Virus record (IMG/VR): IMGVR_UViG_3300048881_000780
Direction: 5' to 3' (one strand)
DNA: 64,000 bases
Source of the DNA: a virus
Taxonomy: Duplodnaviria; Caudoviricetes
The notes under the pieces are model-generated. The model worked only from the letters and a program-made list of their open reading frames with translations. It did not search any database and had not been told where the DNA came from. Position numbers and translations under genes: made by a program. Below, piece by piece: positions 29,040 through 38,632 of the stretch; position 1 is the stretch's first letter; each line of letters starts with the position of its first letter.

Positions 29040-29611
29040 AATATAAAGTATCCGAAGTACCTCAGTATATTAGTGTTGAATATAATACCGAAATTGGTTT
29101 TGGTCACCTCAGAGAGTGGCTAGAAGCTCTAGATCAAGAAACTAAAGAAAACTTTGGCAGTAATTACTGTCTAGATCTTATCCCCGACTTCCAAAGAGGA
29201 CATGTTTGGTCACTGGATCAAAAGGTGGCCTTTGTCGAGCACGTTTTAATGGGTGGTCGATCGGGACTGGAAATTCTATTTAATGCAACCTTTTACGCTA
29301 AATCTAGTGATGGAATCCCAATGGATTCATACTGCGTAGATGGTCTACAGAGAATAAGTGCAGTTCTAGATTTTTTAGACGAGAAGTTTAAAGTATTTCC
29401 TCATTTAAACAATGGTGGATTGTTAGCATCTGACTTTAGAGATCAAAGAAGACTTAAGCAATTTAGATTTAAAGTTCAAGTTGGATCATTTCAAACTAGA
29501 GCAGAAATTCTAGAGTGGTACCTCCAAGTTAATAGTGGTGGAACCCCACACACTAAAGAAGAGCTTGAAAGAGTTAGAAAGCTTCTTAAAAATGAATCCT
29601 CGAGAAAGTAG
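29036..29611 (+). CDS. standalone DUF262 (ParB-like, GmrS-type) protein
   Basis: PDFQRGHVW ... VDGLQR ... N.GG. Confidence 0.85.
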   Translation: MKYKVSEVPQYISVEYNTEIGFGHLREWLEALDQETKENFGSNYCLDLIPDFQRGHVWSLDQKVAFVEHVLMGGRSGLEILFNATFYAKSSDGIPMDSYCVDGLQRISAVLDFLDEKFKVFPHLNNGGLLASDFRDQRRLKQFRFKVQVGSFQTRAEILEWYLQVNSGGTPHTKEELERVRKLLKNESSRK

Positions 29612-30339
29612 TGATTCAGAAGAGGCCATTAATTATTCACATTAACTTTAGAATGGATAGAGATTATGAACCTCTTATTTTACCAAATATAGAAAAAGGG
29701 TCGTGGATTCAATTTACAGACTTAGAAAAAGATAGAATTTATCTAAAGGAAAATAGCACAGAAGATCTCCCCTATACAACTGATGGCCTATATAAAATTA
29801 AGACCCATGGAAATATCCCAATTGCAAGACTAATTAAAGACTGTAAACAACTTAGAAAATCGATTTTCAAGATAGAAAGTGGTGATCACCACTTCTATGG
29901 CAATTCAATCATTAAAGGGTGCTCTAATCTTAAAGAATTTATCTCCACTGGTTCTTGCCAAGTTTATAATGCTGGCAGTATGTTTGAAAATTGCACCTCC
30001 TTAGGTATTGTAGATATACAAACTATGTCATTTTTTGAATGTCACTTTATGAGTTATATGTTTTACAATTGTAAAAAATTAAAAGAGATAAAGTTCCCCA
30101 CTAACTTTGGTCGACAAATTGGAAATCTTCACTCTATGTTTTATGGGTGTAATTCTCTAAAAGATATTGATATGGAAGGCTTTAGACCAACTCTTTCAAA
30201 TTGTAACATCGAAGATATCAGAAAGTACTGCCCTGCTAGAATAAGAATTAATAAAACCCTAAGAAAGTGGTCCCCTTTTAAAGATAACCTGGATTTCTAC
30301 ACTCAATCTGTAAATGATTGGATTCAATCGATATCGTAG
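29611..30339 (+). CDS. DUF285/BspA-like repeat protein with NxW tail
   Basis: MF.NC..L repeats; ends NDWIQSIS. Confidence 0.75.
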   Translation: MIQKRPLIIHINFRMDRDYEPLILPNIEKGSWIQFTDLEKDRIYLKENSTEDLPYTTDGLYKIKTHGNIPIARLIKDCKQLRKSIFKIESGDHHFYGNSIIKGCSNLKEFISTGSCQVYNAGSMFENCTSLGIVDIQTMSFFECHFMSYMFYNCKKLKEIKFPTNFGRQIGNLHSMFYGCNSLKDIDMEGFRPTLSNCNIEDIRKYCPARIRINKTLRKWSPFKDNLDFYTQSVNDWIQSIS

Positions 30340-30366
30340 GATATTAAGCAAGAGTAAAAAAACATC

Positions 30367-30395
30367 TTAACACCTTACGTTAAAAAATGTATAAT
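30367..30395 (+). promoter_or_regulatory. sigma70 promoter with overlapping operator
   Basis: TTAACACCTTACGTTAA; TTAACA-N17-TATAAT. Confidence 0.75.
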
Positions 30396-30414
30396 ACTAT
30401 ACAAAGGGGAGCAC

Positions 30415-30807
30415 ATGAAAAAAATATACATAATTAAAGTCACAGATCCAGAAGAAGGCACTTTCTATGCTAGCTCATACGATGATAAAGAGAAAGCTGA
30501 ACTTTATATGGTTAAAACTAATCTCGAGGTAAATTCTGACAATATCCAAAAAGCAGAATTAGCTTCCGTGCAGTTAGAATACTTTTATAAAAATATTTAT
30601 TACAACCCAAAAACATTAGAGATATCGGCCCGCATGTCTGATGCGTTTAATACAAGAATCTTTTTTGACGAGGGGAAACTTAGAGCAGAAAGAAAGTCTG
30701 AATTACTTGATAACATTAAGACTCTCAAAGCGATACAAGATGCAAAACCTGTTATCCCAGTAAGCGAGGACGTTCCATCTTTTGATGATATCATAGGTAG
30801 GTTATAG
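30415..30807 (+). CDS. hypothetical protein
   Basis: GGGGAG RBS. Confidence 0.65.
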   Translation: MKKIYIIKVTDPEEGTFYASSYDDKEKAELYMVKTNLEVNSDNIQKAELASVQLEYFYKNIYYNPKTLEISARMSDAFNTRIFFDEGKLRAERKSELLDNIKTLKAIQDAKPVIPVSEDVPSFDDIIGRL

Positions 30808-31206
30808 TTTATCTTTACTTCTATTTAATAAATCTTTATTCGTAGAAGATAAGAAGCTCTTACACCAAGAAATCAAATCTTTTCTGAAATCTGCAAAGAG
30901 ATCGAACTTAAAGACTTTTGTCTCGGTCTCTTTTTGCCATGGGTATTTATAGTAGAAAACAATTAATTCAGAATCGGCTATCTCAAATTTGTAATTGGCA
31001 AAAGAAAAGGATTCTTTAGTACCTGTAAAAAGCTCTAAGAGTCCTCTTAATTCTCTTCTTGATAATTCTATTTCATCTATTCTGGTTATTCTGTTTTTTA
31101 AAAACAGAATAGGTCTAACTATATCACTTTCTACAATTTCAAAGTACATTACAACCCTTGATTTATCAGTGACTAGCTCTGTTATACCTCTTCTGTCTTC
31201 GAACAT
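30802..31206 (-). CDS. hypothetical protein
   Basis: 134 aa. Confidence 0.6.
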   Translation of the reverse strand: MFEDRRGITELVTDKSRVVMYFEIVESDIVRPILFLKNRITRIDEIELSRRELRGLLELFTGTKESFSFANYKFEIADSELIVFYYKYPWQKETETKVFKFDLFADFRKDLISWCKSFLSSTNKDLLNRSKDKL

Positions 31207-31262
31207 AAATATTTCTCACTACTATTGTTATATATCTGTAATTATACCATATTAGCAATTAG

Positions 31263-31279
31263 TTAACACAACTTGTTAA
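31263..31279. promoter_or_regulatory. TTRAC-N7-GTTAA operator
   Basis: TTAACACAACTTGTTAA upstream of TTGACC-N17-TATACT. Confidence 0.7.
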
Positions 31280-31325
31280 TAATTAATTGACCATTATCAG
31301 ATTAATAAGTTATACTTAGATTGAT

Positions 31326-31480
31326 CCAATGTGAATCTCACCTCTTGGTTCAAACAGAGGAGACTCTGGCCCTAGGACTCATAAGCGAGATGGCGATATC
31401 TTTGATCATTTAATTGCTTAAAATCTTTATAATTATGCAATTTTGATAATTCCTAGACTCAGATTTATACTTGCATTGGT
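31326..31480 (+). ncRNA. candidate conserved structured leader RNA, copy B
   Basis: CCAATG/CATTGG closing stem, CCTCT/AGAGG hairpin; similar to 11956-12014. Confidence 0.45.
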
Positions 31481-31491
31481 GCGGAGATTTT

Positions 31492-32211
31492 ATGAAAAAC
31501 CTAATTATTCAAACAAAAGAAGATCTACAAAAAGCGAAAGAGGATTTTAAAAACTCCTACTTTAATAACTTTAATCAAAAAATAAGAAACTCAAAAGTTG
31601 AAGCCTTTATGGCCGACTTCTATGGTTTCAAAGATTATAATTCGCTACTTGGTTCATTTAAGAATGAAGCTATGAAATTTAGCAGTTTTAATGAAATGCT
31701 CTCCTATTTTCAAGGTGAAAGTGCCACTTATGAAGAAAAGGTTCATATTGCGTCAAAATACTTTCCATTAAATATGGGAATGGTTGAATCTTCGGGCAAT
31801 AAAAACTTGGGGGTAATTGTAGCAGTTGAAGATGGACCTACTATGAGTTGTTATCGGGACGTAGAAGAGCTTTATGTGTGGTTTAACTTCTTTAATAGGT
31901 CTAAGCTCAATAAATCTATTGAGAAGGCCGTAGAGCGCTCTAGAGAGCCCGTATTATCTAAATCAAGGAAGAGATATGCTCTCGATGATATACTTCCTCA
32001 TGAAAATATTAACGATGACTATTATGACAAAGAGGAATACACCAAGACGTTGTATCATTTGATCTATTTTTACCGAGAATTATTCAATGGTAGCTACCGT
32101 CAAGCAATGAAAGATGCGCTAGATTTTTTGTATTTCACTGCCCAAAAAGAAGAGGTTGAAATTGCTGTTTTTAGAGATAGAAAAGATGGCGTTATCTCAC
32201 TCGCAAAATAA
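31492..32211 (+). CDS. hypothetical protein, paralog of 12043..12774
   Basis: Shared N-terminal domain; ATG after GGAG. Confidence 0.75.
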   Translation: MKNLIIQTKEDLQKAKEDFKNSYFNNFNQKIRNSKVEAFMADFYGFKDYNSLLGSFKNEAMKFSSFNEMLSYFQGESATYEEKVHIASKYFPLNMGMVESSGNKNLGVIVAVEDGPTMSCYRDVEELYVWFNFFNRSKLNKSIEKAVERSREPVLSKSRKRYALDDILPHENINDDYYDKEEYTKTLYHLIYFYRELFNGSYRQAMKDALDFLYFTAQKEEVEIAVFRDRKDGVISLAK

Positions 32212-32225
32212 GTTAGGAGAAGTTA

Positions 32226-32498
32226 ATGAAAATTGTGAAAGTAATAGTTATGATCTTAATGTCAATTTCACTTAATGCAAAAACGGTTACCCTTAAAGAT
32301 ATTAAAGTTGGTGGCTGTTTTACAACTTCAGCTACTATTAATTTTTCTAGTAATCCATATATCTTGCATATAAAATTAAGCGCTAATACTTACGGGCATA
32401 TCTATCGTGGTTCTCATCTAATAGTGGAAGAGGAGCGTTTTTCTCATCATATAGTTACACCTATCCCATGCTTTGGATATTACAAGATTCACAATTGA
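32226..32498 (+). CDS. small exported protein
   Basis: Signal peptide ...SLNA; AGGAG RBS. Confidence 0.6.
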   Translation: MKIVKVIVMILMSISLNAKTVTLKDIKVGGCFTTSATINFSSNPYILHIKLSANTYGHIYRGSHLIVEEERFSHHIVTPIPCFGYYKIHN

Positions 32499-32523
32499 CA
32501 CATCATGTTAAATAATATATAAT
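32495..32523 (+). promoter_or_regulatory. consensus sigma70 promoter with overlapping operator
   Basis: TTGACACATCATGTTAA; TTGACA-N17-TATAAT. Confidence 0.85.
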
Positions 32524-32551
32524 AGAGATAACCAACAAAGGACATTATCCA

Positions 32552-32743
32552 ATGAACCAAGCAAGTTACTCTTTTATTGAATTATCAAAGAAATCTCAAG
32601 AAAAGGCCATTTTAGACTATCAGAATGGTTGGAGAGAAACTCACCCAAATGACTCTCTTAGTGATGGAGACGTTGTTTCAATTTTAACGACTGATTTAAA
32701 GTGCGATAGATATAAATCAGACGGATCTCTAACAGTAGACTAA
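32552..32743 (+). CDS. hypothetical protein
   Basis: YSF.ELS...QEKA motif common in MGE ORFs. Confidence 0.6.
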   Translation: MNQASYSFIELSKKSQEKAILDYQNGWRETHPNDSLSDGDVVSILTTDLKCDRYKSDGSLTVD

Positions 32744-32754
32744 TCGGATATCCC

Positions 32755-33165
32755 ATGAATAGAGAAGAAATTGAAACTATAAATCTATTAATTTCTAAAT
32801 TCATGGGTGTTGAATATTGTAAGTGTTGTGATGATGGATGGGATGGAGTTTCAAGATCCTTGCACGCTAATTGCAAAAAGTGCGCAAAACCTCATACGAC
32901 CAATCTTGCCTGTCAAAATAAGTATACTAATTCCATAGAGTCTTATTCGGAGGTCTGGAATAAACTTTTAAGGGACTATGGAATTAAAGTAGAAACTCAT
33001 TTGATTTCAGAAGATATATATCAAATTTTCTTTGAAAGTAAGTGTAATGCCGTTCTCGTTGAATACAAGTCTAAAGATAAAGAATCAATGGTTCATGCTT
33101 ACGCCAGGGCCACTAGTGAAATTGTTGATATCGTTCTTGAGTCTTACAATAATGATCGATTCTAA
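32755..33165 (+). CDS. hypothetical Cys-containing protein
   Basis: 136 aa. Confidence 0.6.
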   Translation: MNREEIETINLLISKFMGVEYCKCCDDGWDGVSRSLHANCKKCAKPHTTNLACQNKYTNSIESYSEVWNKLLRDYGIKVETHLISEDIYQIFFESKCNAVLVEYKSKDKESMVHAYARATSEIVDIVLESYNNDRF

Positions 33166-33168
33166 CCA

Positions 33169-33255
33169 ACTTCTTGGGATATTTTTACAAAACCCCTAAC
33201 TTTTTGGGATATTTTCACGAACTCCACTACTTGTTGGGTTATTTTCACTAAAACT
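33169..33255. repeat. three 30-bp imperfect direct repeats
   Basis: ACTTnTTGGGwTATTTTyAC at 33169, 33199, 33229. Confidence 0.75.
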
Positions 33256-33262
33256 AGAAATT

Positions 33263-33811
33263 TTAATAATCACATCTAGCGTGAAACTGTACTCCCTTTA
33301 TTGTGAATTTAAGAAGATCCGCCTTTACACCCTCTTCTTTTATATCAAAGTGTTCAAGATCTCCAATGTAATTACTTGGTGGAAGGTGATCAAGAATACT
33401 AGAATGTCCCAGAAAAATAGAGACAGATTTATATTGAGATACTTTTAAATCCTTATTAACTTTTTCAACGACTTCATCGATGATATCAGTGGCCATTTGT
33501 TGAGATGTCCTAAATAACTCTTCACAGATTATATTAGTTGCCGCATTTAATAGGGCCTTAGTTTTTGACACTCTTTGAATGTATAAGGCCGTTAACTCCT
33601 CATCTTCTTCAATAATAGACATGATCTCGTAGGTATCCATATCTAGTGATTCGGTTCCATCAGTCTGAACACTTACTTCCATAATATCAGCTTTTAACTC
33701 TTCAATATCTTTAAGTTGTACTCTTTTACTAAAGGCCTCTTCAAGCCTTCTCTTGCATAAGTTTTTAATTGAGTCTGTGGCCTTTATGGATAGTGATTCT
33801 AAATTTAACAT
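33263..33811 (-). CDS. hypothetical protein
   Basis: 182 aa; AAGGA RBS. Confidence 0.65.
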   Translation of the reverse strand: MLNLESLSIKATDSIKNLCKRRLEEAFSKRVQLKDIEELKADIMEVSVQTDGTESLDMDTYEIMSIIEEDEELTALYIQRVSKTKALLNAATNIICEELFRTSQQMATDIIDEVVEKVNKDLKVSQYKSVSIFLGHSSILDHLPPSNYIGDLEHFDIKEEGVKADLLKFTIKGVQFHARCDY

Positions 33812-33920
33812 ATGGTTATTCCTTATTTTAAGTTTCTTATTTCACTTATCGTAAATTGATTAGTGAAGGTTCTAATTTATGGGTAAATTTCTTATATAGG
33901 AGCTCTAAAATAGGAGTAAA

Positions 33921-34589
33921 TTAATCATCTAAACTCTTTATCCAAGAGTTATCTATAGAGATCTTTGGTTCTATTATTGTGATATTTTCAGATTGTGACT
34001 TAAATAAGTGCGCGTTGTAAGGTGAAACTAGGACCTCTTTTAAGTAGTGGCACCCTTCGAAGATATGGTCAATATTAACATCTTTACTTAGTTTAACTTT
34101 TGAAAAATCAAGAACCTCTAGTTTTGTGCAATTTGCAAACATTCCCTTCATATCTTTAACATTTGTTAAATCAATATTTGATAAATCAACATTTTCAATT
34201 CCAGATGACTGAAACATTACTTTCATATCTTCAAGTTTGTTAAAACTTGAATCTTTAAAAGAAACCTTCTTAAGAGAGAAGGCCATCCTAAACATATCAT
34301 CCATGCTTCGCCAGTCACAATCCCCAAAACTAATGACCTCGGTTGCGTAACACATTAATCCAAGAGCAGTTGCACATAAATTGCCACTAATTTTAATGAT
34401 GTATTCTCCAGGGTCTTTATAAGTGTGATATAGTTTTTTTATATTCGAGTCATAGATATAAGACTCCTCTGAACCGTCTCCCCAATCTATATTAAAGTCT
34501 AATTCAGGGTAGTCTTGTAGTATCAGCTTTGGACTATGTAAAGGTCCTAATATTTGAATCTTAAATATAAAGGGCCTATCTCTATTCAT
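33921..34589 (-). CDS. PKD-like + DUF285/BspA-like protein with NxW tail
   Basis: RPFIFKI, IDWGDG, MF repeats; ends NSWIKSLDD. Confidence 0.8.
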   Translation of the reverse strand: MNRDRPFIFKIQILGPLHSPKLILQDYPELDFNIDWGDGSEESYIYDSNIKKLYHTYKDPGEYIIKISGNLCATALGLMCYATEVISFGDCDWRSMDDMFRMAFSLKKVSFKDSSFNKLEDMKVMFQSSGIENVDLSNIDLTNVKDMKGMFANCTKLEVLDFSKVKLSKDVNIDHIFEGCHYLKEVLVSPYNAHLFKSQSENITIIEPKISIDNSWIKSLDD

Positions 34590-34979
34590 CTAACTCTCTA
34601 TCGCCAGAGCAACTGACTTTAAGTATGAGAGGAGGCAATTTTCATCATGGCCACTATCTAAGTACTTTTCTACATATTTAAATATACTTGGATGATCAAA
34701 GATTTCATCATTATTTACATCTTCTTCGGTTTCCCATAGATCTGAAAAACTTACTAAGAAGGTCGTAAATAATTCAATCATATCCTCTATATTTAAGTAC
34801 TCGAGTTCTCTAAGGTAGCTAAATTCATTATGATCCACCATTTTTAACCATCTTCCTAGATCAGATTTCGAGACCTCTAGCATATCTGCCAGGTTTTCAA
34901 TATTAAATATTTCACCGTAATTCTTATTTACGGCAGATATTAATCTCATCGAATAATGTAGTTTTGCGTACTTATCCAT
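34590..34979 (-). CDS. hypothetical protein, possible N-terminal HTH
   Basis: IENLADMLEVSKSDLGRWL. Confidence 0.55.
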   Translation of the reverse strand: MDKYAKLHYSMRLISAVNKNYGEIFNIENLADMLEVSKSDLGRWLKMVDHNEFSYLRELEYLNIEDMIELFTTFLVSFSDLWETEEDVNNDEIFDHPSIFKYVEKYLDSGHDENCLLSYLKSVALAIES

Positions 34980-35045
34980 TTTATTCTCTTTGCTAGCTGT
35001 GGTTTTTAAATTTTACTACTACCTATCGACTTTTAAAAGCAAAAC

Positions 35046-35062
35046 TTAACACCACTTGTTAA
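35046..35062. promoter_or_regulatory. TTRAC-N7-GTTAA operator
   Basis: TTAACACCACTTGTTAA between divergent units. Confidence 0.7.
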
Positions 35063-35110
35063 AGTATGGATTATGATATAAACTACAGGAACACTACACC
35101 TAGAGGAATT

Positions 35111-35758
35111 ATGGAATTCATAAAGTTCAACTTCAACTTCATCTGTTTTGCGATTGTGAGTCTACTTGCCGCAACTGGGATCATTCTATTGATTGAAACT
35201 ATCATAACCAAAATATTAGCTTCATATAATAAATGCAGATCTGTTTCTGTTCCTATCGGGAATGACGACTCATTTAGGTTTGAGTACAATGTTTTAAAAT
35301 CAGAGAAACCTCTCTATCTAGATTCATATTATGATAAAAGGATTATGGAACACATAACCGACATTTTAAAGCATAGTGAAGTAGATTTAGAAGATATCAA
35401 TGTCTTTATGGGAAATCCTTTTCATAATTTTCAGTTGAATAAATTAAAAAATAAGTACGACATACGAGTAAAAAGTATCAATGGGCTTAACTTCTTTGCA
35501 GGCACTAATTATACTGGAAAGTCTAGGGTTACATTGGAACAAGATAGTTTAACTCTCCAAACTAGCCTTCATTATAAAGTAGAATTTCCTAGTAACTTAA
35601 TTCTCAGAGAGTCATACAATGAACTAATGAAAAACCTTAGTTTCCCGCGACCTATAAAGTCTAGTGATGATGCTAAAGAATTTATCCTGAAGTATCTAAA
35701 CTCTATTTATCCGGGCAAGAAGTTTGTCGTAATCATCGAAAGCATCGAAATTAACTAA
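35111..35758 (+). CDS. membrane-anchored NPxxNF-family protein
   Basis: TM; MGNPFHNFQL; ATG after GAGG. Confidence 0.7.
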   Translation: MEFIKFNFNFICFAIVSLLAATGIILLIETIITKILASYNKCRSVSVPIGNDDSFRFEYNVLKSEKPLYLDSYYDKRIMEHITDILKHSEVDLEDINVFMGNPFHNFQLNKLKNKYDIRVKSINGLNFFAGTNYTGKSRVTLEQDSLTLQTSLHYKVEFPSNLILRESYNELMKNLSFPRPIKSSDDAKEFILKYLNSIYPGKKFVVIIESIEIN

Positions 35759-35797
35759 TGGTCAATATTTAAGTGAACAAATCACAAAAGAGGAGTT

Positions 35798-36475
35798 ATG
35801 GCATATTTATTAAAGAATTACTTATGGGTTATCGGACTTGCTTTAATTACTACCGTAACATATCGCCTTTATTATTGGTGGATAGAATCAACAAATCAAG
35901 AGCACTTAGAATTTTGTAAAAAGTGGAGATCCACTGCAATTACTCTTTTTTGTGAAGATATTTCTAAAACTTTTAATTTTAACTATGAATTAATCCCAGG
36001 TCATAGGTCTCTCGATATGGGAGCATGTTTTGATGAAATCATCAAAGATCATATAATTAGAGTCTATAAGAGTAATGGAACAAACTTAAACACCCTCAAC
36101 ACCTTCATGAAGAATCCTTGTCAAAACTTTATGATCAGAGATCTATTAAATAATCACGGTATTCTCATTAGAAGAATTAACAAAGTTAAGCTAAACGTGC
36201 AGTCAGATTATTCAGGAGAATGTCCTGCTATTATCAGAGAGCATGATACTAACTATAATGTCTTAGTAGATTATCGGGTAGATTTTCCAGAATATCTCCA
36301 AATGAAAGAAACTTACGATGAATTGATGAGTGGGATGAGTGGATTAAAACTTCCCTCACCAATAGAACTTCACGATGACGCCAGGGATGCTATCTATAAA
36401 TATCTAAACACAGTATACCCAGGCTTTAAGTTTGGAGTAACTATTTTAAAGGTCGAATTACAGGAGGCCCTGTAA
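35798..36475 (+). CDS. membrane-anchored NPxxNF-family protein
   Basis: TM; MKNPCQNF; YLN..YPG shared with 35111. Confidence 0.7.
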   Translation: MAYLLKNYLWVIGLALITTVTYRLYYWWIESTNQEHLEFCKKWRSTAITLFCEDISKTFNFNYELIPGHRSLDMGACFDEIIKDHIIRVYKSNGTNLNTLNTFMKNPCQNFMIRDLLNNHGILIRRINKVKLNVQSDYSGECPAIIREHDTNYNVLVDYRVDFPEYLQMKETYDELMSGMSGLKLPSPIELHDDARDAIYKYLNTVYPGFKFGVTILKVELQEAL

Positions 36476-37200
36476 TGTACTTCCGATATATAATTGTTGT
36501 TTTAATAATATATTTGGCTTATGCGGCATTTAAATTCTTTAAAAGATGTAAAGAAAGCAAAAGGATAGACTTTTTAAATAGATTTAAATCAGCTCAAATA
36601 GCGCTTCAAATGGGGCCATTTAAAAAGAGTATTTTTATTATGTATACGCTCTCTAAGAGCAATACTAATATATTGTCCTTACAAGAATACCAAAAGATTG
36701 TAAGATCTCACTTCTTGAAGATCCATAAATTAAATATGAATAGCATTCAGGATTTAAAGGATCTCTATAAGAACCCCTTTTTTAATTTTAGAGTTAAAGA
36801 GCTCTATGATCGATATGGAATTGTTATTCAAACTATCGATGGATTTAATTTTGACAATGTAGTCAAGGCGCCATCGAAAGCGATTGCAAGTAAGCACGGA
36901 AAATATTCACTCTCTGAGTACAATTATAAAAAAGAATCCCAATTAGAAGGAGTCTTTAACTCTACTTACGTTAGCGAGAATGGTTCGACTGAAGTTAGGA
37001 TAGCGTATTCTGTAAAGGTTCCAAGAGATAAACTCCTTAAACATTCATTTTCTGAGCTATCTAATAAAGTTGTCGACACAATTGACACTAGAAGTAAGAA
37101 GGAAGCTAAGGTCTATGTGAAAAAGTGTTTAAATGAGTCCTTCGTAGATTATGCGGATTATAATTTTGAAGTAATAATTACTGACATGAGGATTTCCTAA
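36475..37200 (+). CDS. membrane-anchored NPxxNF-family protein
   Basis: TM; KNPFFNFRV. Confidence 0.7.
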   Translation: MYFRYIIVVLIIYLAYAAFKFFKRCKESKRIDFLNRFKSAQIALQMGPFKKSIFIMYTLSKSNTNILSLQEYQKIVRSHFLKIHKLNMNSIQDLKDLYKNPFFNFRVKELYDRYGIVIQTIDGFNFDNVVKAPSKAIASKHGKYSLSEYNYKKESQLEGVFNSTYVSENGSTEVRIAYSVKVPRDKLLKHSFSELSNKVVDTIDTRSKKEAKVYVKKCLNESFVDYADYNFEVIITDMRIS

Positions 37201-38021
37201 TGAATATTTTCTATGTGATTTATATTATTCCACTACTAATTCATTTCACTTTATTCTGTGTGAACCCTTCTTTTGAGATGTCATTCACTCTTGGACTTAA
37301 CATAATCACCACTCTCTCTTTTGTGTTTAATGAAAGAAAAATATTAGTTGCCATATTTAGTGCCACTGTTTGTGTTTATGCTCAAATATATAGCGCTAAT
37401 TTCTTTTCAGATTCAAGCGAGGCCTACTTTAAAGGTGTTGCGCTTTATATATTATTTGAACTATTGAGATTATCTATTGGTAAAAGAAAGAAGATGTTCT
37501 CAAGAGCACTAGAGATGGTCCTTTTGGTCATGATGTTAGTTATTAGTCATGTTAATATGATCATGTGTTTCAATTTTATTTCGGTTATATTATTTATATT
37601 TAATCATATAATTTATTTCTTCATTCTATCTCCAAGATTAAATATGAAGATAATAGATTTTTTAAGATTTCGAGATTCTAGTAATAACTTTAAGTATATC
37701 AGTGTTTCAATAATGTCACCTACTCTACTTATGGCCTATTCTTGGGTAACTGACTTAATAACAATTAAAGAAGCTCTCTATCTCTCTATGGCAATGCTGG
37801 TACTTGAGAACTCCTTGTCTACTAAGAATTTTTCAATATGGTCAAACAGAAGAGAGCGTAAGCACTTAGCTGGTTTATCGATTATCTCATTAATTAGTTT
37901 TCTCTATATTCACGATGTCCAGGTATTCATTCTTGGATACTCCTATGTTGTTATTGCTATTTGTAATTACCTTGTAAATGTATATGAAGAAAATATTAAA
38001 ATAATACGTAGAGGTGATTAA
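37200..38021 (+). CDS. polytopic membrane protein
   Basis: Many hydrophobic segments; coupled to 36475. Confidence 0.65.
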   Translation: MNIFYVIYIIPLLIHFTLFCVNPSFEMSFTLGLNIITTLSFVFNERKILVAIFSATVCVYAQIYSANFFSDSSEAYFKGVALYILFELLRLSIGKRKKMFSRALEMVLLVMMLVISHVNMIMCFNFISVILFIFNHIIYFFILSPRLNMKIIDFLRFRDSSNNFKYISVSIMSPTLLMAYSWVTDLITIKEALYLSMAMLVLENSLSTKNFSIWSNRRERKHLAGLSIISLISFLYIHDVQVFILGYSYVVIAICNYLVNVYEENIKIIRRGD

Positions 38022-38230
38022 TTAAAACAGCTTTAAATTTACCTACAATAATCGTATGTCTGATATGGGCCCTAATCATAGTCCATGGATTGATTTTGTT
38101 AATAATTAAAAGATATCAAGAAGACGAAGAGGATACGTTTAATTATGTAGACGATCAGGGAATAAATGAGAAATAAGTCGGTTTTTAGCGCTCTTAAAAC
38201 CAGGTTAGTAGAATCAGTAAGGAGTACTCA

Positions 38231-38623
38231 ATGAAAAGAATTTTAGTTACGACACTTATACTTACAGCTTTAGTATATCCGATAAATCTATCTGCTTCAG
38301 TTGGATGGTTTCTCTTTGGTGCGGCAGTTGGGTCATCAAATTCAAATCCAAAGAAAACAACGATTACAAAAGGAAGAGTGAATCAATCCTCTCTATTTTT
38401 ACTAGTTTCAGATAATGAGGATTGTCGGGCCCCCTATCGAAAAGAAGTAAAGAAATCAAATGATCGAAAAGTTGCAGTAAGGGTCACCGAGATAACATCA
38501 TTTATTGAAGATAAGAGAGGATGCGTTATCATTGAAACATATAATGGATCTGTTGGAGTGAGAATGAAGTTCGATCAATTCTTAAAAGAGTATAATGCTA
38601 TTAAAGACTTACCCCTTAAATAG
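38231..38623 (+). CDS. exported hypothetical protein
   Basis: Signal peptide; AAGGAG RBS. Confidence 0.65.
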   Translation: MKRILVTTLILTALVYPINLSASVGWFLFGAAVGSSNSNPKKTTITKGRVNQSSLFLLVSDNEDCRAPYRKEVKKSNDRKVAVRVTEITSFIEDKRGCVIIETYNGSVGVRMKFDQFLKEYNAIKDLPLK

Positions 38624-38632
38624 GAAACTTGT

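Noticed and set aside
24298-29611. Complete Dnd/Ssp phosphorothioation system
   Set aside because: No DndD/SspC ATPase, DndE or cysteine desulfurase visible.
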